64,000 nucleotides of DNA from NCBI RefSeq assembly GCF_009914755.1, contig NC_060925.1. One strand, written 5' to 3'. The notes under the pieces were generated by a model. That model was not told the DNA's origin. It saw only the letters and a program-made list of their open reading frames with translations, and did not search any database. Within the stretch, counting starts at the first letter, position 1. The number at the start of each line of letters is the position of its first letter. This DNA comes from the human T2T-CHM13v2.0 reference genome, Homo sapiens. Shown piece by piece: positions 1 to 14,542 of the stretch. The position numbers and the translations under genes are program-made.

Positions 1-622
1 ATGACAAGGGCTTAATAATTTTTGTTGAATAAAAACAAATGAATAAATTTATATTTGTTGTAAAGATATTTTTATCAGTCAGCAGAAATTGTTGACACTA
101 AACAAAGGTGCTTTGGAGGTATATTATCAATCATAATTTTACCCAAGTTAAGGAAAGAATGAGGGCTTCTGATCCCTGAGTAATTAATGCCCCACATATA
201 TCAAGAAACAGGTGGTTAATAACTACGTTTTAGAAAACAAGAAAATTATAAAGCAAGAATAAATTTCTCAAATGCATCATTTATTTGTGCATCAAGTCAA
301 CAAGTAACTAGTGAGTTCCCATTAATGATACATATTATGCATACTCCTGAATTTACAGTGATAATAAAAATAGCCTAGACTTTGCTCTCATGGAAGTTCC
401 AAGTCCAGCTAGGAAGACAGACACTTATCTGGTAATCATCCAAATATAAATTTACAAGCTGAGGTCCTTGTTAGGGCAGTAAAGCACAGATAATTACGAA
501 AAAAATGATATGGAGGCACCTAATGTGTTTTTTCTTTTTCATGTTTTTTGGGGATATTTGGTTAGTTGATTTGATATTTTGGCATTTGCATTAATGTAGT
601 TTTATTTATTCTGGAAAAATAA

Positions 623-970
<348 letters not shown>

Positions 971-2046
971 TGAGGGAAAGGAAATTCCTTGGAAACAAGT
1001 GGGTGAACTTTCTGCTGTCTTAACCAAGTAAAAATGATAGAGTCAAATAAGCCTTCTGTTTACATCCATTAATCACCACTTCTACTTATTTAACAGGGAG
1101 ATGTTTATGTGCACTAAATATAGTTTATCCTGCTAAGTGATTGTCTGCAAGCTTTCTTTATTCTCCTCTACTTAAATGAAGTATTAATTATATATGTACA
1201 TATATTTATTCTTTTAAGTACAAATTTATCTGAAATATATTAGGGAGAAACATAAAGGATTTGATGTGTATGGGAAGAACCAAAATACATTCATAAAAAG
1301 GAAGGTTATGGTCATGTTAGTGAGATCAAGTTGGTTTTGTCAGCTAAGCTACTGCTTGGAAAGAGGAGGGGGTGACAGGCGTCGGGCAGACTCTGGGGAA
1401 GCATCTCTTAGCCAAATGCATTCTGGAAAAGGGATTCCAGAGCCGTGTAATTTTTTTAAAAAGTCATATCATTTAATAATTCAAGACTATTAATAAATTT
1501 GTTAACATTTAAATATGTTAACATCAAATGTATTTTGAAAATAAAATCCATTTAATTTATTCATTTTCCCTAAATATTACTGAGATAAATTACCAATTAA
1601 ACACAGAAGATGACAATACTTAAAAATGCATTTCCCAATAGGGAAACTCCCAATACACTTTATAATAATCATTCAATTAAAAGTAAGTAAAGAGTAAACA
1701 AAAAATTTAAGATAAAAACAAAAATACAAAATGGAATGAGTGTTTTTTAAAATGTGCGAAAGCTACAATTTTATCAATATGTTTGCTTGCATTTCATTTT
1801 TTAACGTGGTATAACTTATAAATGAAACACTACCAAAATATATGGTGCTAAAAATAATAAAGTAAATAATAAAAGAAACAAATCCCTAGAGTTATTAGAC
1901 TTTTCCCATAGCAATCTCAATCCTTGCCAAATTCTATGTCATTAGCATAATTTCAGTGGCTTTAACTGACATGTTAGGAATGAATGAGGGCTTAGGATAC
2001 ACATTATGAAATACTAATCAAGTTTATTTCTGTATCTTCTTGTCAG

Positions 2047-2175
2047 GGGTTGAAAAGTTTCAGTTACATGATTGTACACAAGTTGAAAAAGCAGATACTA
2101 CTATTTGTTTAAAATGGAAAAATATTGAAACCTTTACTTGTGATACACAGAATATTACCTACAGATTTCAGTGTG
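2047..2175 (+). CDS. PTPRC: CD45 exon 10 (129 nt, phase 1/1), ectodomain
   Basis: ttgtcag|GGGTTG ... CAGTGTG|gtaaga; [15 protein letters not shown]...YRFQC. Confidence 0.97.
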
Positions 2176-3054
2176 GTAAGAATATAACATTGACCAGAGA
2201 ATTTTTTTTTGTGGCACAATGTTGTTCTAGATATTATTTAATCTTACTCTCTGCCCTTTCTCTCTTCCTCCCTGCCTCTCTTGTTCTCCCTCTGTTTGTC
2301 TTTTTTCTTTCTTGTCTTTTTCTTGGTCTGTGGTATATTTAGAGTCAAATAATTAAATTACCTATACAATTCAAACAAATTCACAAAATAAATGAATACT
2401 TTTCATGAAAAATAAATATCTAAAAATTGAAAGTCAATTAATTTACAATAATTTTCTTGGCAATTGTTATACACAGGCATTGTTGAAGAGATCATGAAAG
2501 AAGGGTGTTATAAGGAAATGATAATACACAAACTCTGTTATGAAGTAAGGAAAAAAAATACAGGATTGTATGGTTCAAGAGTTTACTTTTTCCATCCTGC
2601 ATCAACAAAATTCATACACAAGTTCAAGAACACTTAAATAAGAAGAAAGCAGAAAAAGAACAGCAAGTGCATCTAGGGATATGTTTGGATTTGAATTGAG
2701 GCAACTAATAATTGAGATAGTATTTTTAAAGTGTATTTGAATTTAATGAGGTGAACTCTCCCACCCTTTGACTTAAAGCCATCTGCCAGGCCATAGCTGG
2801 CATGACAGACAGATGTGCTCAGGTGTGCATGCGCATGCACGCATATCCACAGCTACACACATAGAGGATGGAGCATTGCGCTGGGTGTAATCATCACCTA
2901 ATCACCATAGTATAGATTCATGGCCATCAGGCAAGCAGACAAGGAAAGGAAGAGCAATCATGACAGACCAATGATAAAATGTTCTCTCTAGACAATCTAT
3001 TAGATGAAGACTAGGTGAGGTGCAATTTCAACTTTAAGTTGTATTTGCTATATA

Positions 3055-3420
3055 CAGATTGGGCATCCCTAATCTGAAAATCCAGAATCCAAAATGTTCT
3101 CAGAATCCAGTACTTTTTGAGTGCCAACATGATGCGGCTCAAACAAGTGAAAAATTTTACACGTGACCTAAAGTGACTGGTCATAGTCAAAATGCAGAAA
3201 CATAACACAGAATTTAGTCAGCATCCCCAGAGAAAAATAAATGACCTCAAGCTATGTATATGAGGTATATATGAAACATAAATGAATTTTGCATTTGAAC
3301 TTGTGTCCTCTTCCCAATATATTGTATCATCTAAATGCAAATATTCCAAAATCTGAAAAAAAAAACTAAATCCAAAACACTTCTGGTGCCAGGAATTTTG
3401 AATAAGGGAAACTCAGCCTG
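3055..3420 (+). mobile_element. Tigger4b/MER46-type non-autonomous TcMar-Tigger DNA transposon
   Basis: TA target duplication at 3053-3054 and 3421-3422; imperfect terminal inverted repeats CAGATTGGGCATCCCTAAT / ATAAGGGAAACTCAGCCTG. Confidence 0.8.
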
Positions 3421-3515
3421 TATTTTCATAAAAGTTGAATGTAAAAATTATTTTTAGGGTTTTTTATTATTTTGGTAATTTCCACAGATGTTTCAATCTG
3501 ATAAATATTAAATAG

Positions 3516-3764
<249 letters not shown>

Positions 3765-3829
3765 TAAAATTGCTTCTCTCTTCATGTTCTTATAATTATT
3801 TGAGAATCATAGGAAATGAATTGTCTTTT

Positions 3830-4750
3830 TGCTGTTTTTGATACTTTTTAAGCATATGCTTTTTATTTCAATGAAGCGCAATTTATCTATTTTTACTTCT
3901 TTTGCTTATGTTTTTGGTGTCGTATATGAAAGTCCATTGCCAAGTCATGCAGATTTATCCATATGTTTTGTTCTAAAAATTTTATAGCATTGGCTCTTAA
4001 ATTTAGCTCTGTTACCCACTTTGAGTTAATATTTGTATATGGTGTGAGGTAACAGTCTAATTTCATTTTGTTGCATATGGCCATCTAATTTTTCCAGCGC
4101 CATTTGCTGAAAATACTATTTATTCCCCCACTGAATAGTCTTGCCATTCTTATCAAAAATTAGTTGACCATAATGATGGGTTTATTTCTGAACTTTCAGT
4201 TTTATTTTATTGATTTATATGTCATACTTACACTGTCGATTACTGCTGCTTTGTAGTAAATTTTGAAACTGGAAACTGTAAGTTCCCCCAAATTGTTACT
4301 TTTCCTCAAGATTGTTTAGAATATCTAAGGGAACTTGGAATTCTGTATGAATTTTAGGATCAACTTTTCAATTTTTATAAAGAAGCCATCTGGGATTCTT
4401 TCAGGGATTGCATTGAATCTGTGGATAAATTTGGGAAATATTGCCATCTTAACCATGTTAGTCTTCCAGTTCATGAACACAAGATATCTTTCCATTAATT
4501 TATGTCTTCTTTAATTTATTTTCAAAATGTTTTGTAGTTTTCAGTGCATTAGTGTTATAATTCTTCTGTTAAATTTATTTCTAGTTTAAGTTTATTCCTG
4601 GTTATAATGCTGTTGTTTTCTTAATCACATTTTCAGGTTTGTTACTAATGTACAAAAGTACAATTGATTTTTCTGTATTGATCTTGCAGTCTGTCACATT
4701 ACTGAATTTGTTTATTAATGATAATATTGAGAAATTTTTGACAAAACTTA
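3830..4750 (-). mobile_element. Old L1 (L1M) ORF2 fragment
   Basis: Minus-strand ORF 3893-4084 (KMKLDCYLTPYTNINSKWV..LNLR) resembles the L1 ORF2 C-terminal region; boundaries approximate. Confidence 0.8.
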
Positions 4751-4765
4751 TAAATGTAATTCTAA

Positions 4766-5037
<272 letters not shown>

Positions 5038-5239
5038 CGTGATTCTAAGTTTTATGTAAAAAGGATAGTTGAAGGCTAAAGAGGCTGCCTAAATCCTTGT
5101 CTCCTCATACTTCTCCAAAATAATATATAGCTACAAGAACAGCAAATAAAACTATGTAAAAACTATATCCTCAGCATAACTAGAAAATTTTAATGTATTT
5201 TTATTAGTACCACAATTATTACATTCTTTATAATCAATG

Positions 5240-6410
5240 CAACAAAATAGAAATCCCAGAAAACTATGTTTTATATTTGAAAACAGCACAAAATGTTTTC
5301 AGTGGGGGAAAAATAGTCTTTTCAACTAATGATCCTGGTATCTCTGTAGAAAAAAAATGAACATCAGCTCTCACCTCTCAACAAACACAAAAATTAATTC
5401 AAAATGGATTCCAGACCTAAATACTAAAGCTATAATTTAAAAAATTCTAATCAAAGACATAGGAGAAAATGTGTAGCTTTAGCAAAGATTTCCTAGGGCA
5501 CAAAAGCAAGAAACATAAAACTTTTTTGATGAATTGGAGTGCATAAAAATTGAATATTCCTGCTCTTTGGATGAGGCCACTAAGGAAATAAAAAAGCAAT
5601 AAATAGTTTGTAAAAAATCAAAATTAATTTTTTCAACAACAGAAGTTTTTCCAGAATATACAGAGAGCTCTTTCAGCTGCAAAATAAGGACTAAAACAGC
5701 TCAATTGAAAATGGACAAACATTTTTAATATATACTTCACAAAAGAGGATACACAGGTGGTTAATAAGCACATTAAATGATGCTCAGCATCATTAGTTAA
5801 CTGAGAAATACAAATTAAAACAACACTGAGATGATAATACTATACATCCATTAAAATGGCTAAACTTAAGAATACGGATACTACTAACTATTGGTCAGGA
5901 TGTGCAGCCATGACCCAGGAATTTCACTCCAGGTATTTACCAAAGAGGAAACATGACAAAGCAGATGCATTCATAGTAGCCAAAACCTGGAAACAGCCCA
6001 AATGTGTATTCACTGTTGAATCCTAGGTAAAATGTGGTGTATCTTTACAATAACTACTGATAATTTTTTAAAATTCTAACTATGACACATGCAACTAAGT
6101 GAATGAATCTTCAGAACATTACATTGAGTGCAATATGTTAGGAGTGAAAAAGTACTTACTGTTTGTTTCATTTTATTTACATGCAATGGGTAAAAAGACA
6201 AACTTAATCTGTAGTTAACAGAAAGTTGATCAGAAGGTACGTGAGTCTGGTCAAAGGAGCTGAGTTGACTGGGAAGTACCACAGAAGGACATTTTGGGAT
6301 CACAGAAATTTTCTTTATCTTGATTGTGGTGTTGGTTATGTGGATGTATACATTTGTTAAAAATGCATTAAACTGTATCTCAAATGGGTACATTTTAATG
6401 TAAATTTTAC
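5240..6410 (+). mobile_element. Old L1M ORF2 3' end and 3' UTR
   Basis: Recognisable L1 motifs (aaaaattaattcaaaatggatt..agacctaaat; gatgctcagcatcattagt; gccaaaacctggaaacagcccaaatgt); boundaries approximate. Confidence 0.75.
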
Positions 6411-6802
6411 TTCAGACATTTTATTTAAACATTTATCAGTTTTTCTCAGTTTCAAATGACTAGTTACTGGAAGCAATGACAAGTGCTACTCAATGACTGC
6501 TAAATTTATTGGTGCTATGAATGCCAGATTTTTAGCACAGCAAAATCTACAAATTCCAGGATTTTTAGGTAGTATCTGGGCAAGAATATATATGAATAAT
6601 GTATATGAAAGGAAGAGGGGGTTCTTAGATATCTTCAAGTCAGTGGAATGCTTAGGTTTCACAGTGCCAATCTGGTGTGACATTTACTTTGTTAAAGGAA
6701 TTTACTCTAAAACAAATTAAATGAGCCCAGATGCATTTCTTTAAATTTTATTTTGAATTCATCATTTGTCAAAATATGGTTATCAATAATGCATGCTTAT
6801 AA

Positions 6803-7003
<201 letters not shown>

Positions 7004-9007
7004 TAATTTCATCAGAAAAGAGAAATCAAGAATTTGAAAGTACTAGAAATTTTTATTGAGCCAGTGAGTCACAAAGCTCTCTGCTTAGAGACTGCATAGG
7101 CATAGTATACTCCCTGATCTTAGAATTGCTTCCACTCATTCAAAGCTTTCCAGCCCCAGAAATGACTAAAATCCAGAACATTCTAAATATTTGCTTGTCC
7201 TTCTTGGTCTTAGTTTAAATCTTTGTGCTCCAAAGCCTAGAGACAGAAAACCTCTGGATGACAACACTCATTTCTGTCTTGCAAGTATTATGTAAGTGAT
7301 TTGACTCACTTTGAACTCATCATTCAGCCTCCTAAACAAACCAACAAACAAGCAAACCCCTTGTAAAACTTGTTTCAGCTAATAATACAGACAAAATGTT
7401 GGGTGAATAAAAATGAACATGGGCCCATGTAGCCGCTGGGGCCAGTTTGGTGTAATCTTGGGAGCATAGTTCTAAGTTTAGAATTAGACTTCTGCAGAAG
7501 TAATGCAATTAAAAAAAAAAAGAAGAAGAAAGAAATGTGCTATGACTAGTTCACTCATGAAATGTTCAAATGAGATGCTATTTAAGAGAACAAATATCTT
7601 CTGGACAATTTAAAGTATCTAAATTGTTTGTAGAAAGTAACATCAGTGGAGTATCTCAGAGCAGCCTCAATGCCTGGGATAGCCCTTTCTCTATTCTTTT
7701 ATCCATAGGTTAAAATAGGAATGAAGTGAACCTCATAGAATTCTGTCACTCTGTGCTGTGGGGAAGGAACCAGACATACACTTCAAAACTTGAAAAGTGA
7801 AAGGCTATTTTTCTTCATTATGTTATTTTATATTTTAATGGCCTTTTCTTGCTAGTGTCTTTAGGTCTTAATAATCAGACTACTAAAGCAAAGTTAAATA
7901 TGCATGTAGTTTTCAAATTAACATTCAAAGGCCAAGGAAAATAAATATATACTATATATTTGAGGTTATGATAAATTTAAAAGTTAAGTCTATGTGGAAG
8001 GAAAAATGGAAATTCCAGGAAGATAAAACAGCAGAGGTACTGTCTGCCTCATTGGACACCTCTTTTACAAACACTTTGTGTAGCTTCTATGGGAACACAT
8101 TGTTCATTTTTTTTTTCTCTTCTCTGAATCTTCTATTCACTATCCCTTTCTGCATTCCTCAATGTCTACACTCTCTCTACTAGAGAGTATTGTCGATGTC
8201 AGAGTATATGGTAGACATTTTATGCATTTATGGCTCTTTTATATTTTTACAGTTTTTTTAAACTGTATTTCCACTGTATTTGCATAATTAGGGTAAAAAG
8301 GATGTAATGAGTTAGTAGCAACTCATTACAGCAACTAGCATGGGTCCTTCTTATTGGGCAACTAAATAGTGTTACCCAAATTTAACAGCTGTCCACATAG
8401 AACACTTAAACGGGATTGAATGGCTGAGAAGGGGAGGCTAGCTATCAGGCTGTGTGTTTTCTTTTCTCCAAAGCTGCCGATTGGTGACTGAATGCAGCTT
8501 TGGACCATGCCCTGACACTGCATAAAGGGCTCTTTGGAGCCAGCTCTACTCTAAACAGCGTGCTCCGCTTTTGTTTTCTCCTTCATCTCAAACATATACC
8601 TGTCTCCTCTCCCATGTTACCTAAGGCAAAGAGAGTTGATAGGATTATAGTATCGTTAAGGCAACTTAACTTTTCTCACCATTTTAAATAAAATTACTAT
8701 TAAAAATCCACAGGAAGAAAGTCTATGAAATTTGCAGTTTACTTTTTAATCAGATATTAAATTTCACTTCATTACTTCACAATTTAATTTTTTCAGTGTC
8801 TCTAAAAGAGAGGGATTAAAAGAGGAGAAAAAATGCAATTGACATTAATTTAGTTTTATTGGTTTAGCAGGTTTTTTTAATTATGTATTATTTAAAGATT
8901 TTATCAACTATTTTAATAACTCAGTGGAGATGTGCATACATATCTTCATAGTTCATATGATGAAACTGAGGTTAACAGAAAATGTGATAGATGTTCAAGT
9001 TCAGTAG

Positions 9008-9309
<302 letters not shown>

Positions 9310-9580
9310 TGTTTGTTTATTTTTCCTCACATTTTTAGCTTAAGATATTTTGGAGAACTGCAGTTTTATCTCGTTAACTTAATGATGGCAAGTGACAGTG
9401 AAGCTTCTTGGTAATTGGGGAATTGGGGAAGAGATCTTTTGTGCTTTATTGGATTTAAAGGATTATTTTTCAAAAGTTACTGAAAGCAATAGGCACCTTT
9501 CAAGACCACCATGATGTTGCTGGAAATTATTTTGTGTAATGCCTTTTATTTTTTTAAGAAAAAAAAAACAGAACAAATTG

Positions 9581-9760
9581 CTTAATCTCTCTGTGGCTCA
9601 GTTTTGTCATCTGTAAAATCAGATGATAGTGAGTACCAACTAATAGTTGCAGTGATGGTTAAATTAATTATTTCATGTATACCCCTTGAAACAGTGCTTG
9701 GCACATACAGTGAGTTATTATTTTTAAAAATCGTTATTGATATTATTATTACTGTTGCTG
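9581..9760 (+). mobile_element. MIR SINE fragment
   Basis: ctcagttttgtcatctgtaaaat ... aacagtgcttggcacatacagt matches the MIR core and 3' part. Confidence 0.75.
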
Positions 9761-10561
9761 CTATCCAGAAACATGTTGCCACTCTAATCATCCTCTTTCC
9801 TGATGTCACTTGGCTACTCAAAAATAGCAGCAGCTGGTGATTTTTTTACTTAACAAGTGCTAAGTCTTCTGCCTGAGTGTGAAAACACACTTAGACACTG
9901 TCCTACCTCTCATATGCCTCCCCAGCCAGAGCTGTTGTCCTGATCAGGTTTGTCACTAAACTCAAAAACATTCCTTCTTCCGTTTGTAATATTTTCTTTT
10001 CTCCCTTACATGTATTCAGTTCCACTTACCTTTCAATGAACAGCTGAATTCCACTTCCGGCATGAAACTCCCTCATTCTCACAGCTCCCGTTAATTACTG
10101 TAGTGTCCAAATTACTATGATAGAATCAACCCAATGACTGATGATCAAATGGATTCTGCATCTAACATTCAAAACAGTAGCTAATACCGATGTTCAAAGT
10201 TTGGAGGTTACATATCAGAAAAGGTTTTCTAAAAAAGAATCATTCTGAAACATGCAACTCAAGACTTACAGTATACACTGGGGGCTGTGTTTTCTCAGAA
10301 ACAAAAGAGATCGTCTTCACAAATGAATCTGAACTTATTAAATATTTTATGTACCAAATTAATGATATAAAACCATAATTTTTCAATATTTAATTTTACC
10401 AATGATAATTGAGTTTGTTCAATACACTGGCTGATAATTGTAGGTACTTTTGAGTATCAAGGATGTACTTATTTTTCAATCACTCAATAGTTTGGAGTTC
10501 ACTTGGAACAATGTGATGTAGAGACCAAATTAATTAGGTACGTGGTAGTACTGACTTTTAA

Positions 10562-10870
<309 letters not shown>

Positions 10871-11973
10871 TAACATCTAGGGCTTATAAACACGTAAAAT
10901 CTAAAAGTTTAAAAACCGTTATCCTGGATTCTCTCTCTTCTTCAGATATAGTCATAGAATTTTAAGGACAAAGCATAAAAGCATCTTAATTGGCATCAGT
11001 TTGTGCAATTTCATGCAGTTAAGTACTTAACCAACTTAGATTAAAACATTCACTGTTTGCTGTTGTCTTTACTATCTGGAAATATTAATTGTAATCAGAA
11101 ACCTAACAATGTCTCATAAAGCATTAGCCTACTAACCTCTGTTCATCTGATAAAACATTTCATAAAATGTAATATTTTATTAGCATTTTCTTCTCTTCGT
11201 TACCCTCAACTACTTACTATTCTATTTTATGTCACATTATCCATTTAAGGTTTCCTTTCAATGGCATTTGGCTCTTGCCACTAGTATAATCTCTCCATAG
11301 TTTCCAGGCCCAAAGTTAGATCTGCTTCTGGGGCACATGTTAACCTCCATCGAGGACAGGGAAGAAGAAATGCCGTGTTTTAAGGCAGCATCTATAGCTC
11401 CAGAGACCCTAACGGGCACTAGACTTGTGAAGAAATATTGTGCTATTTGGGGCTGAATATAAGACACTTTTAAGGTCATTTAGGTTTTGGTTTGAAAAGT
11501 TCTGGTCCTGGAGCTCTATGCTTTTGTTGTTTTCCTGAGTTTCTGTATCACAGAAAAAGAAGACAATTTGTTTCTGTTCCTGAAGAACCCATCTAGGTGT
11601 TTACCAGGATAACATTAGCACTCCGGGAAAGAAGGGTCTAGATTGTGTAATAGGACTTGGAGGTTTCCCAATCAACAACATTTTTCCTCTCCTCTCCCCA
11701 AACTTCCCCCTCTTCCCCACTCCCTTCCCTTTTTCTCTATTCTCTAATTCTACACAGTCTCCTTCAGGGATTGCAATAACTCTCATGGCTTCATGTACAA
11801 CCTATATGCTAATACTTACTGAATAAATGAGTGATTTATTCTTCAGGGTTTTGATATTGTTTTTTAATTTATGTACTATCATAACTTCCTTATTTATAAC
11901 CCCCAAGCTAACACTTAAAATACTTTATACTATATCCAAGTATTGTCAAGTAATTTACATATGCATCTATTAA

Positions 11974-12273
<300 letters not shown>

Positions 12274-13456
12274 TAGTACTTAAATAACTTTAAGACCACT
12301 GCTCACATGAGATTGAGAAGCTCTGATGTGTAATGGAATCACACTTAAAGAGTCTCAAATATTTGACTCTAAAATTTTTATTCCTATAGCTCAAGTCAGT
12401 GGTTTAAAGCAAATGTTTCATTGGAATATTTTAGAACTTCAATATGACTTAATTATAGCTAAATTATTGCTTCTGTGTTAAGAAGCACAACACTTTATGC
12501 ACAACAGATTATTACTTTACCAAATCTACCTTTTCTTTACTTTGGCTTTTTATCTTTATTAATGTGGAATTTTTCAATTGCAAAATTTCACAGGTACCTT
12601 GAGGTTAGGAAATATTTGAAATAAACACTAGACAATACTAGTGAGCATACAGAATTTAAAACACTCATTATCTCACTGTCTACTGATCGTATTTTGTACA
12701 TGTAACTTCATAATATACACATTTATATGCACTTAACACGTATTATCAACATTCTGAGTACACAGTTTTCAAAATACAGTTTTAAAACTGTATTTTTAAT
12801 ATATCACTATATCACACACACCTTTCTATGTTAAATATTTAACTACTATGTAGTTTTTAATGCCTGTATAATATTCTATGTATGGCTTTATCACATTCTA
12901 TTAACTATAACTATGTTGGTCTCTAATATAAACAACATTCCGATAACACACTTATTGGTAAAGCAAAATTTTTGAATGTCTTTAATAATTTATGTTTCAT
13001 AAATTCCTAAAAATGCATTTATTGGGTCAAAATGTATTTTGAGGCTTTTTGGATATGTAACTTTTTTTTTCTATAAAATTTACCAAATTGCCCTGGTGTA
13101 TCAGTGTATGAAATGACTGCTTCTTGAGAGGCTCACCAACACTGAATACGCCTTTCTTTTTCTTTATTTGGTGGTTGAAATATGGTATTGATATCTTTCT
13201 TTTAATGAAGTTTCTTTACTTATTGTTCTTTGTGTTATTCTTTGCCTCTTTTATCCAGTTTTCTCCGGAGAAATGCCTTGAATATTAATGATATTAAACT
13301 CTTTGTCACATGCGTAAAAATGTTATCAGTTTATAATTTGCCTTTTAGTTTTCTTCACAGCACTTTGTCTTACATAATTCCCCTTTTTATTTTTAAACAA
13401 ATGTATCTGTCACTTTTATTCCTGTTAAATAGAAATTTCCATAGTTAATTTTTTAA

Positions 13457-13840
<384 letters not shown>

Positions 13841-14245
13841 TAAAGAAGTGTTTTCATATTTATAAACTTTTTGATTTTGTTTTTGAACTGGAAATGTCGG
13901 TTGGATTTTATCGATTTTTAGGGCATTATGATAGATGATGCCATAGTTGTGATGCCCTGGTGTGATTAGTTTAAATGATGCAAAACCATTGTCACATTCT
14001 AAGAGAAAAACCCCTGCTCTGTCATTGTGTGTTATTCTCTCAGAGTATTATTGAAATCAACAGCCTATTATTGTCTTTATTAGTAGATATTCAAAAAGGA
14101 GATCATTCAGTGAGTAGAGACGGTGTTGGCATAGGCGTTGGATGACATCATTCTTATTAAATTTGGTATAAAGGTTACACTGATCTGATAAAACACATTG
14201 CTTATATGTTCCTGTTTTTCTGTATCATATAACTTTTTAAAAAAA

Positions 14246-14542
14246 TTTTATTATTATTTTTTGAGAAAGAGTCTCGCTTTGTCACCCAGGCTGGAGTGAA
14301 GTGGCGTGATCTCGGCTCCTGCAACCTCCGCCTCCCAGGTTCAAGCGATTCTCCTGCCTCAGCCTCCCAAGAAGCTGGGATTACAGGCATGCACCACCAT
14401 GCCTGGCTAATTTTTGTATTTTTAGTAGAGACGGGGGTTCACCATGTTGGCCAGGCTGGCCTAGAACTCCTGATCTCAAGTGATCTGCCCACCTTACCTC
14501 CCAAAGTGCTGGGATTACAGGCGTGAGCTACTGTGCCAGGCC
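14246..14542 (-). mobile_element. AluS element
   Basis: Full-length Alu; degenerate TSD tgtatcatataacttt / tatattatataacttt. Confidence 0.95.

Noticed and set aside
8521-8546. AAAGGGCTCTTTGGAGCC resembles the histone 3' stem-loop
   Set aside because: It forms only a 5-bp stem instead of the required 6-bp stem with a 4-nt loop. There is no histone ORF upstream and no obvious purine-rich downstream element.
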